From IMG/VR virus record IMGVR_UViG_3300037010_001573, positions 64,001-128,000 of that record: a DNA stretch of 64,000 nt. The stretch is one strand, 5' to 3'. The translations under genes were made by a program, and so were the position numbers. The stretch is from a virus. Its lineage: Duplodnaviria; Heunggongvirae; Uroviricota; Caudoviricetes. Below are positions 29,301-39,348 of the stretch, one piece after another. Position 1 is the first letter of the stretch; the number at the start of each line of letters is the position of its first letter. The notes under the pieces were generated by a model. It saw nothing but the letters and a program-made list of their open reading frames with translations. It searched no databases and was not told where the DNA came from.

Positions 29301-29737
29301 AATTCTTCTAATTGTCTAATATCCCATGCTGTAAAAGATACAGTAGCTTCCTGAAGAGACCCATATGCGCTTTTAGATTGGATAGATAAATTAGTAATCC
29401 CAGGCATAGGACGAATTCCTAAACGATTTTTATTACCTCCAGGAGATAAATTATCATATGCTGTACCTCCCGAGCCTAATCCCGCTTTTAATGCGAAATT
29501 ATCAACGATCTTATCACCTACAGTACTCGTGCTGTTATTTAAAACACCGCCTTGTAAAACGTATTTTTTTGCAAGTTCAGAACTATTGTTTACATTAACA
29601 CCAGATGACATTCTCACCCATGCTGAGCGTGAGTTTAGCTGATGTACAAAATTGGGATTGCGTAATAGCATCCCATCTTGTCTTCTTGTTAGTTCTTCTT
29701 TAATAAAATCAGGAAATGATTCTCTGAATATACTCAT
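26303..29737 (-). CDS. Baseplate hub-like protein with C-terminal tail lysozyme domain
   Basis: 1144 aa; C-terminal AALVGGFIQESR...GIGAIGIAQWLGDRK is Phage_lysozyme2-like; baseplate context. Confidence 0.7.
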   Translation of the reverse strand: MSIFRESFPDFIKEELTRRQDGMLLRNPNFVHQLNSRSAWVRMSSGVNVNNSSELAKKYVLQGGVLNNSTSTVGDKIVDNFALKAGLGSGGTAYDNLSPGGNKNRLGIRPMPGITNLSIQSKSAYGSLQEATVSFTAWDIRQLEELEILYMRPGYTVLLEFGWNYAKINGALPSYDILNSPPKSLNDAFKGIHSLITNSSGNYDALIGYVKNYNWSAREDGGYDCTTTIISLGEILESLKCNWVPMNTKALDSSGKGILNIPDSSRDNVVESYKKGMIPGLLQEIYNYTSTKNDKNITNFVIKDTPNPDGSINYYDILKLNVKNSQKNNRGGLTKILGKGSDYEYFITLKSFCDLLNKHVLISDDKKNPLIQITTNEQNQEGELTKDLLKCISSPYSLSTNLGICYIQNDSWNNLKINVKTDQTQTSVSLKPISKDIKVFIESKSSGYNTGVHPINIFQRFGGNIQRHDIQSGITRALGNTALMGSVLIPGQTEYTFNGNLQSTITELSVDLVNSLKKADYTIQGNNLIPVFTFYDGTSFKSNTNFDNTNSITVDFSSYFGSNIEFIYNGLFIYDYNKNGGINLTKHTGAVEDPFLNGDSKLVKDNTGKLWDKQSVLNALTLALTKARITPELQATLNEDIPKIAEQISNIAGVNINDNAKQFLVPSSLNSKQLGNIGNIYINLNFLYEQAVSKNMASNDTQNKNNISILSYLQGILRETQNSLGNINSFDIQVDSRNAVGRIIDINYTGNPGQDKEPFTLQIHNLNSVVRNYKFSSKIFPEMGSIIAISAQDPEGVATLGYDNATLVAWNEGISDRIIPKKITPDSLPNSNIETTYILPFLTQMWEYFKTLQGKGKDDNTLIYGGLNFAFRDFLANIDKFDGRNKFKTIIPTELNITMDGLGGFIIGNLFQINQDIVPKGYKNVGGRKMAYIVAGLSHNITDNDWTTDIKAYPIVFEQAIGKDISKNWNNNKYPSSGDTVIGNATISFASTKHINPVNIKKAVQFFLKKGYTDFQTAALVGGFIQESRLMPDITNGIGAIGIAQWLGDRKINLQSKPNYKNIDTQLSFIIEELNTSSSGSNKKLKTSSTLEDAIAAAASYERFGGITKGTNTTYQDVLQASETGNRIGFTKDLLERIQNGEFN

Positions 29738-29742
29738 AACTA

Positions 29743-30039
29743 TTATTGATTTTCATTATTAAATGTAATAAGGATTTTATTCAAATCCACAGGAATTCTT
29801 AATTGAGTTCCTGGCTCTGGAAATAAAGAACCACGTGTTACATTGTTGTTAACACCTGATATAACCCACCAAAAAGAAGGATCTTTATAATAAGTATAAG
29901 ATAATAGATCTAATCTATCACCACTAGTTGTTACTATGTAGATATCACTTTCAGTGGGTGGGATATTAGGAAATCTTTTAGATTTGTAATATTTTACTCC
30001 ATTTGAATTTGTTAATATGTCTGATGAATTATATATCAT
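29743..30039 (-). CDS. Baseplate LysM/gp53-like protein
   Basis: GDRLDLLSYTYYKDPSFWWVI...PGTQLRIP. Confidence 0.8.
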   Translation of the reverse strand: MIYNSSDILTNSNGVKYYKSKRFPNIPPTESDIYIVTTSGDRLDLLSYTYYKDPSFWWVISGVNNNVTRGSLFPEPGTQLRIPVDLNKILITFNNENQ

Positions 30040-30042
30040 GTT

Positions 30043-31998
30043 TTATTTTACATTTATTGAATTTACAGGTATTTTACCATTACTGTATATATCTGTTAAC
30101 CATTTATTACCTGGTGTTCCTTGATTATTTATAGTTTGTCTATCAGCAACAAAAGCAGGAAGATCAGTCCAGTTTTTCCCATCATATGATTTAGGAAACT
30201 TACGAGGTAAGAAATCATGAATAACACCAAAAGTTATTTGTATAGTCATCACATGAGGTAATTCATATAAAACACCTCCACTTTCAGGTTCATCTATAGC
30301 TATCTCCCATGGTGAATTATCATCTATAGTATATGTCATGCTTTTAATAATCCCGGGTTGTCTAAACATATAATCTCCTAAAGTTAATTTCATATATGGT
30401 GCTCTCATTACATTTCCACCACCATAATCAGGCATTGTATTTGAATAAAGAAAATTTAGTTTTTGATAAATAGGCATTAATTCAGCTTCAGACATTGCTG
30501 CTACTTGAAGAGTAAAAGATACTGTTCTTTCAAATCCTTTGTATATATAAAAAGGTTCCCCTCTACCTACATAATTAACATTGTTCCAGTTTGGATTGGG
30601 GTTATCAGTTATATTTTTTAAATACGCTCTAAATATCATCCAAACACTATCTTCTGGTTTGTCATTATCTACAGCTTCTATTCTAAATTTAATTAAATCT
30701 CGTACATTATGTTCTTTACTATTTATTATAACTTTAGTGCCAGGAGCATTAGAGTCAACATAAAGTGGGGTTAAATTAACTGTATCTTTAGCATTATTAC
30801 CTTCGGCTTGAGCTAATCCTAATCTATGATCTATATTAAACTGCGTTAAATTTAGTTGTTTGTATTTTGATTTTCCTGAATATGTGAACACTATAGGACC
30901 ATCGATTGTATTTTTATCATTTACAATCCCAGGTCCTGATTTATTAGGGATTATAATTTTGTTATATGAACTTGTTCCTAATTTTTTATTATTAGTTTGT
31001 TCATTAATAGCTGAGAATATGTTATCGTATGTTCTCCCACTAGTTGATGAATTAATAGTATTCTGATCAATTTGACTATATTGTGCCAAATCACCATTTC
31101 CTTTTATATTGTTATTTTCAATACTCCCCGAATCACCAAAAGTCTGTAATGATGCTCCTTGAACATTGTGGTAATTGATTTTAGTTAAAGGTCGTTGCCA
31201 TTGTATATCACCATTCTCATCAATATTAGTTAAAACATTACCGTTTTGATCAAGTTGTAAAGGAACACTATTAGAAATAAGAGATTTGTTATTCAACGTA
31301 AAATTATAACGTTGTATAGTAGTAGTTCCTATACCATCTATAGATTCAGGACCACTTACATAACTAGCAATAGTAGTATCAGTATTTCCTTTTAATTTTT
31401 TTCTTAATTGAACTAATCTATTATTCCCACCTTGTGGTTCTTGATTATTAGTAAAAGCAACATTTTCGTATTTTTGGCTATTTGGTAATATTGGAACTAA
31501 TCCATGTCTAGTTATATGCCCACCAAAAGCTTCTAAGGGTATTTGTGCTAATGTATTTATACCTAAATTATAAATACGGGTTGCACCAACATTAGCAAAT
31601 GTTGAATTACTGCCAAATACAGAACTTAAATTTCCTTGTATTATGTTATCTAAAGTAGCACCCGTTCCTTTTTTAGTTTCTAATTGAGGATTAGACAACT
31701 GTAGCCCAACTTGTTTAGCTATAAACAAAGGGCCTCTCGGGGCATCTTTAATAAATTTGTTTATACGAACAAAATCAGTAGCTGAAGCAATAGTTGCTCC
31801 TTTAAAACCTCCTCTAATTAAACCATTATCAGAGTTTAATAAGGATGTTGTATCTACTTGCTGATCTTCTGCTGGTGGGATGTTATTAATAATGAAGGGT
31901 TCTCCACTATCCCCACCACCAGGAGTATCATGTCCATACAGACTACTTCTTAAAGATGTCAAGGATGCTTGCATCCTGATGCTATTAATTATAGCCAT
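30043..31998 (-). CDS. Baseplate/tail tube initiator-like protein
   Basis: FRAYL...VGRGEPFYIYKGFERTVSF...LTLGD...PWE tube-initiator-like C-terminal domain. Confidence 0.6.
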   Translation of the reverse strand: MAIINSIRMQASLTSLRSSLYGHDTPGGGDSGEPFIINNIPPAEDQQVDTTSLLNSDNGLIRGGFKGATIASATDFVRINKFIKDAPRGPLFIAKQVGLQLSNPQLETKKGTGATLDNIIQGNLSSVFGSNSTFANVGATRIYNLGINTLAQIPLEAFGGHITRHGLVPILPNSQKYENVAFTNNQEPQGGNNRLVQLRKKLKGNTDTTIASYVSGPESIDGIGTTTIQRYNFTLNNKSLISNSVPLQLDQNGNVLTNIDENGDIQWQRPLTKINYHNVQGASLQTFGDSGSIENNNIKGNGDLAQYSQIDQNTINSSTSGRTYDNIFSAINEQTNNKKLGTSSYNKIIIPNKSGPGIVNDKNTIDGPIVFTYSGKSKYKQLNLTQFNIDHRLGLAQAEGNNAKDTVNLTPLYVDSNAPGTKVIINSKEHNVRDLIKFRIEAVDNDKPEDSVWMIFRAYLKNITDNPNPNWNNVNYVGRGEPFYIYKGFERTVSFTLQVAAMSEAELMPIYQKLNFLYSNTMPDYGGGNVMRAPYMKLTLGDYMFRQPGIIKSMTYTIDDNSPWEIAIDEPESGGVLYELPHVMTIQITFGVIHDFLPRKFPKSYDGKNWTDLPAFVADRQTINNQGTPGNKWLTDIYSNGKIPVNSINVK

Positions 31999-32001
31999 AT
32001 T

Positions 32002-32277
32002 TTATAAAGGTGGGTTATCCATATATTTTTGCCCAGGAGCATTTCTCCAATGAGCAGTATTAAGTGGATCTGATTCTTCTAAATGTGAAGGGGTTGGTAA
32101 TGCAGGAACAAATCCAGCAGCTGTGACACGAATTGCCGGGGTACCATCAATAGAATATCTATCATGACGAGAACCCGGTGGGTTAGGTGTAACGTTTGGT
32201 TGAAAAGTTGGTGGAACGTTTCCTCCACTCCATCCTAAATGACTTGCACCAGCAAGTAATAAATTTAATAATCCCAT
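32002..32277 (-). CDS. Hypothetical virion-associated protein
   Basis: Pro-rich 91 aa; preceded by an ATATTTAT motif. Confidence 0.6.
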   Translation of the reverse strand: MGLLNLLLAGASHLGWSGGNVPPTFQPNVTPNPPGSRHDRYSIDGTPAIRVTAAGFVPALPTPSHLEESDPLNTAHWRNAPGQKYMDNPPL

Positions 32278-32312
32278 TTGTATATATTTTATGTTTATTA
32301 TAAATATTAAAA

Positions 32313-34640
32313 TTAAGCGAAATTGTAATTACCCATAACTTGAGCTGTACCAAATTTTTGACTGTCTACATTTATTATACTTTGTTTATTATACAATTGA
32401 TTTATACTATTATGTACATTTTTCATTGTATTATTTAACCCTGCAATAGCATCTACTACATTTGAGTTATCTTGTGATATTAATGTATTTTGTGTTGGTT
32501 TATTAATCATATCACCCAATCCAGGAGCAGCAGCAAAATCATCATTCGGGCTTAATTGAAATAATCCTCCTTCAGCTGTAGATACAACTGTATTTCCATT
32601 AGATGAGAAAACATCACCTACTGATTCTGGTTTAACATCTGATTTAAATGATTCGTATAAAGCTGCTAAACCCGCTATAGCAGCACCAACGGCTATTGCA
32701 CCAGCCCCAAAAGTCAAAGCAGACATTGCTACTGTAGAACCAACAGCTAATTCAGAAGCACTCACAGCGGCTGCAGCAATACCACCTATTAATTTAATCA
32801 ATGATACCCCAGCTAAAGCAGTAACGGCTCCAAATAAAACCCATGAGTTATCAGCTAAACTGGCCATCATATCCACAAGTTTTCCTAAAGGTCCACCAAC
32901 TAGACCAGCAAAAACATCTTGCATTTTTTCAACAGCAGCATTTAACTTGTCTTGAGCATTCATTGCTTCTAAACGTTTTGCCACTTCTTCACCAGCTAAA
33001 GCAACAATATCTTCATGAGATTTACCCATATATTGTTGTTTCAATAGTTGATCTGACAGTTCATCTGTTGATAAACCTAACATATCCGCTACTTTTTTCT
33101 GTGCTATAACGTTCATGTTAGAAAATTTATTGAAGTCAAGTCCTTGACTGTTTAATTCTCTCATCTCTGTTGTTATATCCCCAGTTAAAGCAGCAGCACG
33201 TGCTCTCTCAAGATTAAATTGTCTCCCAGTTAATAATTCTGCTTCTAATTCATTTGAGATAGAAGATTCAAAATCTAACAAAGATTCACCTTGTTTTTTA
33301 ACATTGTTTAAATTTGTTCCTAATAATTTTGCTTGAGCAACTGCTTCAGCTAAGGCTTTAGGATTTGCTTTAAGCATAGCAAGTGTTTGACCAGAAGTTT
33401 TACCTATTTCTTCTAATACTTCTTTTTGATCTAATTGTATACCATATTGGGCAGATAAACGTTGTGATGTTTCTAAAGCAACATTTTTTGTTTCTTTTAA
33501 ACTTATACCTGTTACTTTAGATAATTTTGCTAAACCACCAGCCGCTTCTTCGCTTAACCCTATTTCTTTAGTTAATTTTACAAACTGAACATTCATATCA
33601 TTACTAAAATGGGCATTAAAACCTAATTGTTTTCCCAATGCAACATTAGCTGCTATTAAATTATTAGTTGTTACAAAAACATCATTAGTAGTAATTGCAA
33701 GTTCGTTATATTTTTCTCGTAAATCATAAGCCTCATCATTAGATATAACTAAACTTTTTTCTAATTGAGTTGCTTGTGATGATACATCAAACGCTACCTT
33801 TTTTAAAAATGAAAATATTGAAGACAAGGATAAAGCAGATTTAACACTTTCTATTAATTTATTTGCTATGCCTTTTACTTCTTCTTTAGATTGATAAAAT
33901 AAACTATTTTGTTTTTTTAGATTATCATTAATAGTATTTAATTCATTTAATTCCTTTTCATACATATCTGCTAATTTTTTATCAGCATATAGTATGTTTT
34001 CATGATATTCTAATTCTTTTTTCTTCTGAGATATTATCCTTTCAATACCAGCCGATGATCTTTCTAAAACGTTTATGCCTCTATCTTCCTCAAAACGTTG
34101 TGCTTTTAAAGCTTGTATTTCTTTATTTAATAATTTAGCTCTTTCACCACTTACATTATTAAGACGTTCTGCTTTTTGATTTATACTAGCAGATAAAGCA
34201 TCTATTCTAGCATTACTTGCTTCTATATTTGATTGTTTATCAGCGTATTTATTTCTTAAATTTAATATATCTTCATTTAAAATAGTTTCATTTTTTGCAG
34301 AATCCGATATTTGTTTACCTAATTGACTTTGTTGATCTATTCTTTTTGATAAAAAATCTTGATATTTAGCTTGTGCCTTGTTTATTTGAAGGGATATTTC
34401 TTTATCTTTTAACTTACCAGCATTTAATTTGTCCGTTAAAGCTATAGTATTAGATATACTTTTAGACATTTCACGCATGTCCTGAAGAACGTCATTTCCT
34501 TCTTTTCCTACTTTACGATACCCACCTGCTAAATTAACAATGTTATCAGATAATAATTTAGATAAACTAAGAGTTTCCTTTAACGCTTCATTCTGTTCGT
34601 ATAATTCTGCTTTTAAATCGGGTTTATTTTGATCTGCCAT
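32313..34640 (-). CDS. Tape measure protein
   Basis: Long helical/coiled-coil protein with Ala/Gly-rich hydrophobic C-terminal segment; follows the tail chaperone pair. Confidence 0.8.
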   Translation of the reverse strand: MADQNKPDLKAELYEQNEALKETLSLSKLLSDNIVNLAGGYRKVGKEGNDVLQDMREMSKSISNTIALTDKLNAGKLKDKEISLQINKAQAKYQDFLSKRIDQQSQLGKQISDSAKNETILNEDILNLRNKYADKQSNIEASNARIDALSASINQKAERLNNVSGERAKLLNKEIQALKAQRFEEDRGINVLERSSAGIERIISQKKKELEYHENILYADKKLADMYEKELNELNTINDNLKKQNSLFYQSKEEVKGIANKLIESVKSALSLSSIFSFLKKVAFDVSSQATQLEKSLVISNDEAYDLREKYNELAITTNDVFVTTNNLIAANVALGKQLGFNAHFSNDMNVQFVKLTKEIGLSEEAAGGLAKLSKVTGISLKETKNVALETSQRLSAQYGIQLDQKEVLEEIGKTSGQTLAMLKANPKALAEAVAQAKLLGTNLNNVKKQGESLLDFESSISNELEAELLTGRQFNLERARAAALTGDITTEMRELNSQGLDFNKFSNMNVIAQKKVADMLGLSTDELSDQLLKQQYMGKSHEDIVALAGEEVAKRLEAMNAQDKLNAAVEKMQDVFAGLVGGPLGKLVDMMASLADNSWVLFGAVTALAGVSLIKLIGGIAAAAVSASELAVGSTVAMSALTFGAGAIAVGAAIAGLAALYESFKSDVKPESVGDVFSSNGNTVVSTAEGGLFQLSPNDDFAAAPGLGDMINKPTQNTLISQDNSNVVDAIAGLNNTMKNVHNSINQLYNKQSIINVDSQKFGTAQVMGNYNFA

Positions 34641-34673
34641 AATTTATATTATATTGATAAATATAAAAAGCGC

Positions 34674-34925
34674 CTATTTTTTAGACGCTTTCTTTGCTGT
34701 ATATGTTGTGTTATTAGGTTTAACAGTTTGCCCGGTCTTATTTAAACTCTTATTTTGACCTTCATTGTTTGGTTTGTTTTTATTTTCATAATGTGATCTT
34801 ATTTTTTGATAAATAAATTCTCGATACATTATAGGCATATAATAAACAGTATTCCAATCATAACCACCCTGACCATAAAAACATATTTCATGTATTCTAG
34901 TAAATAGATATTCTCTATACTTCAA
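34674..34925 (-). CDS. Tail assembly chaperone, downstream (T-like) frame
   Basis: GQGGYDWNTVYYMPIMYREF; only a TTG start; overlaps the upstream gene in the +1 frame. Confidence 0.65.
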   Translation of the reverse strand: MKYREYLFTRIHEICFYGQGGYDWNTVYYMPIMYREFIYQKIRSHYENKNKPNNEGQNKSLNKTGQTVKPNNTTYTAKKASKK

Positions 34926-35679
34926 AGTCAGGCCAAAAAAAGCTAATCCCTATAGGGATATTAACGCCCTCCTGTACGTATCCGTCTTTTTCTATTGTTA
35001 TTACAGTATCAATATCCGGTGCTATCTCATAAGCATATTTTTTTAGAGCTCTTGAATCAGGAGCCAATAGATAATTATCAACAAAATCATAAATAGATAC
35101 TTTATCACTTTTCCCATTTACAGATAAAATCATATGTTTTAAACGAGTAGTATTTTCATAAGAACCGTTAGCATCTATTTTCTGCATACCTTTGATTTCA
35201 GCATCTATTGCTTTATCATCTTTACCAGTTAATAATTTAAAAGTAATAACATTTCCGGATTTAGGCAAAGTAAACTTAAATTCATTTTTGCCTTTTTCAA
35301 ATAAATTTTCATCTATTCTCTTTTCATCTAATACTGTTAAATCAACAATATAATCATCTGATTGACCGGTTGATGTATTGTTAAACTTGAAAGTGTAATC
35401 TTTACCATATCCCAGAATACGGGCAGCAAATAAAACAGCATTTTTATCACCTGTTATCATATCATCTATATCAATAGGTGTAACAATTAAAGATTTCAAC
35501 AATTTATCAATTGCTGTTCCTTGTTTGATAAAATTGATATTAGTTAAAATATCTTCATCTCTTGCACTCATATAACGCATTTCGATTTCGCCTTTAGATA
35601 ATGGAGATGTTTCAGGATAAACTAAACCTTTTGAAGGTAATGTAATTGTTTCGGTTGGAATTTTAAACGTATTATTCAT
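34915..35679 (-). CDS. Baseplate/tail assembly chaperone (T4 gp26-like)
   Basis: LPSKGLVYP, MSARDEDIL, ends FFWP; between tail tube and tape measure. Confidence 0.75.
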   Translation of the reverse strand: MNNTFKIPTETITLPSKGLVYPETSPLSKGEIEMRYMSARDEDILTNINFIKQGTAIDKLLKSLIVTPIDIDDMITGDKNAVLFAARILGYGKDYTFKFNNTSTGQSDDYIVDLTVLDEKRIDENLFEKGKNEFKFTLPKSGNVITFKLLTGKDDKAIDAEIKGMQKIDANGSYENTTRLKHMILSVNGKSDKVSIYDFVDNYLLAPDSRALKKYAYEIAPDIDTVITIEKDGYVQEGVNIPIGISFFWPDFEV

Positions 35680-35725
35680 AAACTTATATTATTTGTATAT
35701 AAATATATCAAAAAAAAACAAATTG

Positions 35726-36464
35726 TTATTTTTCTTTATCTCTAATAATATTTTTCTTTTGTGAATCATATTAAGGTATGGCAAATTTGGTATTTGGATT
35801 ACAATGCCAAAATCACCATCTACTTCTATTATAATATTTTTTGAAGGAATGTAAAAATCATAAAATGCTTTAATTTCTTTAGCATAGAATCTTTCAGAAT
35901 ATTCTATATTTAATAAATCTAATATGTTTGCAAATGTTTTTTCTAATTTAGACGAATAATGTTTTTATTTCCTATACCTCCATTTTCCTATTTTTCTAAA
36001 GCTGTTTTGCTCATTTTATCTTTAGTTTTCTGAGTGTATTTTATTCCTATTCCAAACCCTTTTGGTTTAGGTTTTGCTACACCTTTTGCTCCTTTAGATA
36101 TTTTTTCTTTGAAATCAGGTTATTGTCTTCCTATTTTAGCTTTCTCTAATATGTAATTATATTCACCTGAAGCAAATTTTTCTTTACGTGTTTTACTTAT
36201 TGCATTAACTCGTTTTTCAGATTTAAGATCACCCCAATGTCCTTTAAGTCTTGATTGATGACCATGTATGAATTTGCTAAAACTAAGTTTACCAGGGTCG
36301 TATTTGGTATTTTCACCATAACCACACCTACATAAAGGGTTTATACCACCATATTGTGTTTGGATAAGGTAATTTGATTTAGTAAGTTTGTGAAAGTATT
36401 ATATATGTTTTGATAATTTTAGCTCACCTTCTACCTCAAAATTACATAGTTTACATTTTTGCAT
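35726..36464 (-). pseudogene. Decayed endonuclease (Zn-finger/NUMOD3 plus Vsr/DUF559-like domain)
   Basis: Manual translation MQKCKLC...HI*YFH...CRCG...FYDFYIPSKNIIIEVDGDF[W]HCNP; several in-frame stops and two 1-nt deletions. Confidence 0.8.
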
Positions 36465-36466
36465 AA

Positions 36467-36522
36467 AAAATCCTTTTAATATTAAATATCTTGTTTAGTG
36501 ATAAACATATTAAAAGGATTTT
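36467..36522. repeat. 16-bp perfect inverted repeat directly upstream of the endonuclease ATG
   Basis: AAAATCCTTTTAATAT (36467-36482) / ATATTAAAAGGATTTT (36507-36522). Confidence 0.85.
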
Positions 36523-36570
36523 AAAATGTGAATGGATTATACTTTCTTTAATCCAATTACAGCATGTTTT

Positions 36571-37062
36571 TCAATAGTTAAGGACCATGTAATCCATTCC
36601 TACTGTCATAGTAAGATTTACAGCTTCTGTATATGTTGACCAATCATAATCATCAAAGTTAGCGGTTTTTATAAACGCTCCTTTTACAACCCATTCTGAT
36701 ACAACATCTCCAACAGGTCCTAAAACATTGAATGTTAAATCTTTTTTATAGAAATCGGAATAACCCGCTCTACCTGTTACTGATTCATATGCTAGACGAG
36801 CCCATTCCATTACAACTTGTGCTCCAGAAGGTGCAATTGGGTCAAATAGTGTAAATGTTAAATCACCCCAAAGTCTTTTACCACTACGTATTTTTCTATA
36901 AGTATTGATGTGATCTAAAATAATCTCTCCATCATCAAAAGTTACGGCACTTACTCCTTTAATGATATATGATGGGATACCATTTACATACATTATAAAC
37001 CTATTTGGTAATTTAGGTTCATATTGAGTAAACATAATTTCATTTGCGTTTAATATAGGCAT
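36571..37062 (-). CDS. Tail tube protein (gp19-like)
   Basis: EPKLPNRF, WGDLTFTLFDP, GYSDFYKKD, LGPVGDVVSEW. Confidence 0.9.
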   Translation of the reverse strand: MPILNANEIMFTQYEPKLPNRFIMYVNGIPSYIIKGVSAVTFDDGEIILDHINTYRKIRSGKRLWGDLTFTLFDPIAPSGAQVVMEWARLAYESVTGRAGYSDFYKKDLTFNVLGPVGDVVSEWVVKGAFIKTANFDDYDWSTYTEAVNLTMTVGMDYMVLNY

Positions 37063-37099
37063 GTTTTCTGTATTATTAATTGTTATTTATAAATATTAA

Positions 37100-39286
37100 T
37101 TAAGACGGGAATGATACACCAGTTGGTAAGATATTGAAATCTAAAATGATGAATTCAGCCGTTTTTGTTGGTTGTATATAAATTTGACCAATTAACTGGT
37201 TTCTGTCTATAACGCTTGGTGTGTTGTTTGAATCATCCATTACAACTTTGTAAGCATATAATCCTTGTTTTTGTACAACACTATCTAAATACGGATTTAC
37301 TTGAGATAAAAATCTATTTCTTGTAGATGCTGTATTTTGCTCAAATACTAATGTACGAGAAACACCTGAGATATATCCTTTTAAAGCTATTAATAATCTT
37401 CTTACACTTACTCTATCCAATGCTGTTGATTTTTGTTGAAGTGTTTTCTGTCCATATACTACTATCCCTTGTCCAGGAAGTGAAGCTAATGGGTTAACAT
37501 TATCAACATATAAATTATTTCTATCAGCTAAAGATAATTTTCTTTCTACTTTTACAACATTAGGAATCCCACCACGTGTAGTACCAGCAGGAGCAAACCA
37601 AGGAGCTGATACTTGATCTGTAAAAGCAAAAACACCACCCATTAATACAGAAGCAGGAACCCATACTAGTTTACCCATAGCAGAGCTAAATATTTGACAC
37701 CATGGCCAGTATGTAGCCCCATAACTTGAATTAGAAGCATTTGCTGCTGTTTTAGTGCTGGTAATAGAACCACCATAAGGAACTGAATCTACTATAGCTA
37801 TCGCATCTGCTCTTCCTTCACATAAAGCAATAGGATCAGCACCATTAGAACCAATGTTTATATTTGGATTGCCACCAGCTAAAAACAAACCAGGAGTTAA
37901 CAATAAATCAAACTGATATTCATCTGTATTGCTTAGTAAATTTAAAGCCGGAGCATAATCTTCAGTTGTAAATCCTTGAGCATTTGTTGCACTTGTAGTA
38001 ATATTTTCAAATAAAAATTTAGGTAAATTTGTATCTACAATACCACCATCAAAAGCACCATTTAAAGAACCACTTCCTAATACAGGTAAACTAGCACTAT
38101 GTGTAGATGCTTGGTAAATCCCATTATTATCAAAAGTACCATGTTGTGCTTGAGGAACATCTGATATTCTTACATATCTAGAAGCATTAGGAAAATCACC
38201 AACATAATCAATATAACCCATACCATCTTCAGCAGAGTATGTATATGTTGGTTTTGAATTACCTAATACTCTAGCGATATAATTAGGTTGATTGACATCC
38301 ATTGATAAATTTGTCCATGTTTCAAGAACATTTTTGTGGTTTTCACTATCATTACCACTTCTTATAGTTAATGTAAATGTACCTAATGTAGTACTTACTT
38401 GACTTACTTCCCATCTAACATTTGAAGCACTACCACTTGGTAAAACTCCATCAATTATAGTACCACCAGAGTTATTCATTTGAGAACCCCAAGCTAATGT
38501 TTCTAATTCAAAAGCAGCAGAATTAACACCGTCTGTACCTCCAACAAAGTTATTATATGTAGGAAAACCAAATCCAAAACTACTAGTTAATTCCCAAGAA
38601 TTACCTGTTGTTCCTGTTTGTAAAGATGTAAATTTAAGTTTACCACCAGCAAAAGAAGCAGAGAAATATGAGTTTATATTACCTGTACTATTATTAACAG
38701 CATTAACTACATAAGAAGCCCAGTTTGTTGTAGATGAAACATCATTTACTCCATTTGTTCCCACACCCACATATAATGTATTAGTACCATCTGAATATGA
38801 TCCCGTTGATACATAAGGATAATTAAAAATTGTATAACTAACTTCACCATATGGTGTATTAGCATTTAAAAGAATTTGACTCCAAGAACCAGTATCGCTT
38901 GCATTTACAGTAAATGAAGCACTAGCTTGGGTACCAGGGATAGATGAAACCTTACTAGGAGCACTTGCTGATGCAAATGACTCTAGAGCGGAACCTGTAC
39001 CTTGGTGTGTTATTCTAGTTACTAATAATGTGTTTCCACCATTATCAAAATAATTTTTTGCAGCTAATGAAGTAAAGTATTCTGTACTACCACTAGTGCC
39101 GTTATTGAAATTAGTCCCGAATTTAGCAACATAATCACTATAAGTAGTAACTACAGTTGGCACATAAGGAATACCATTAACAGTTGGACCCACAATAGCT
39201 GCACCTACGACAATAGGGCCTTGTGTTACTGCACTCTGGTCATTCTCATTTGAATAAACACCAGGGGAAATGATTGCTTCTGCCAT
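37100..39286 (-). CDS. Tail sheath protein (gp18-like)
   Basis: SPGVYSNEND, YGATYWPW, PWFAPAG, YGQKTL, RVSVRRLL, FEQN, TKTAEFI. Confidence 0.95.
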   Translation of the reverse strand: MAEAIISPGVYSNENDQSAVTQGPIVVGAAIVGPTVNGIPYVPTVVTTYSDYVAKFGTNFNNGTSGSTEYFTSLAAKNYFDNGGNTLLVTRITHQGTGSALESFASASAPSKVSSIPGTQASASFTVNASDTGSWSQILLNANTPYGEVSYTIFNYPYVSTGSYSDGTNTLYVGVGTNGVNDVSSTTNWASYVVNAVNNSTGNINSYFSASFAGGKLKFTSLQTGTTGNSWELTSSFGFGFPTYNNFVGGTDGVNSAAFELETLAWGSQMNNSGGTIIDGVLPSGSASNVRWEVSQVSTTLGTFTLTIRSGNDSENHKNVLETWTNLSMDVNQPNYIARVLGNSKPTYTYSAEDGMGYIDYVGDFPNASRYVRISDVPQAQHGTFDNNGIYQASTHSASLPVLGSGSLNGAFDGGIVDTNLPKFLFENITTSATNAQGFTTEDYAPALNLLSNTDEYQFDLLLTPGLFLAGGNPNINIGSNGADPIALCEGRADAIAIVDSVPYGGSITSTKTAANASNSSYGATYWPWCQIFSSAMGKLVWVPASVLMGGVFAFTDQVSAPWFAPAGTTRGGIPNVVKVERKLSLADRNNLYVDNVNPLASLPGQGIVVYGQKTLQQKSTALDRVSVRRLLIALKGYISGVSRTLVFEQNTASTRNRFLSQVNPYLDSVVQKQGLYAYKVVMDDSNNTPSVIDRNQLIGQIYIQPTKTAEFIILDFNILPTGVSFPS

Positions 39287-39348
39287 TTTTTATATTTTTT
39301 GTTTAAGTTTTAATAAATTTTATTCTAACGATAAATATTCTAAAACAT

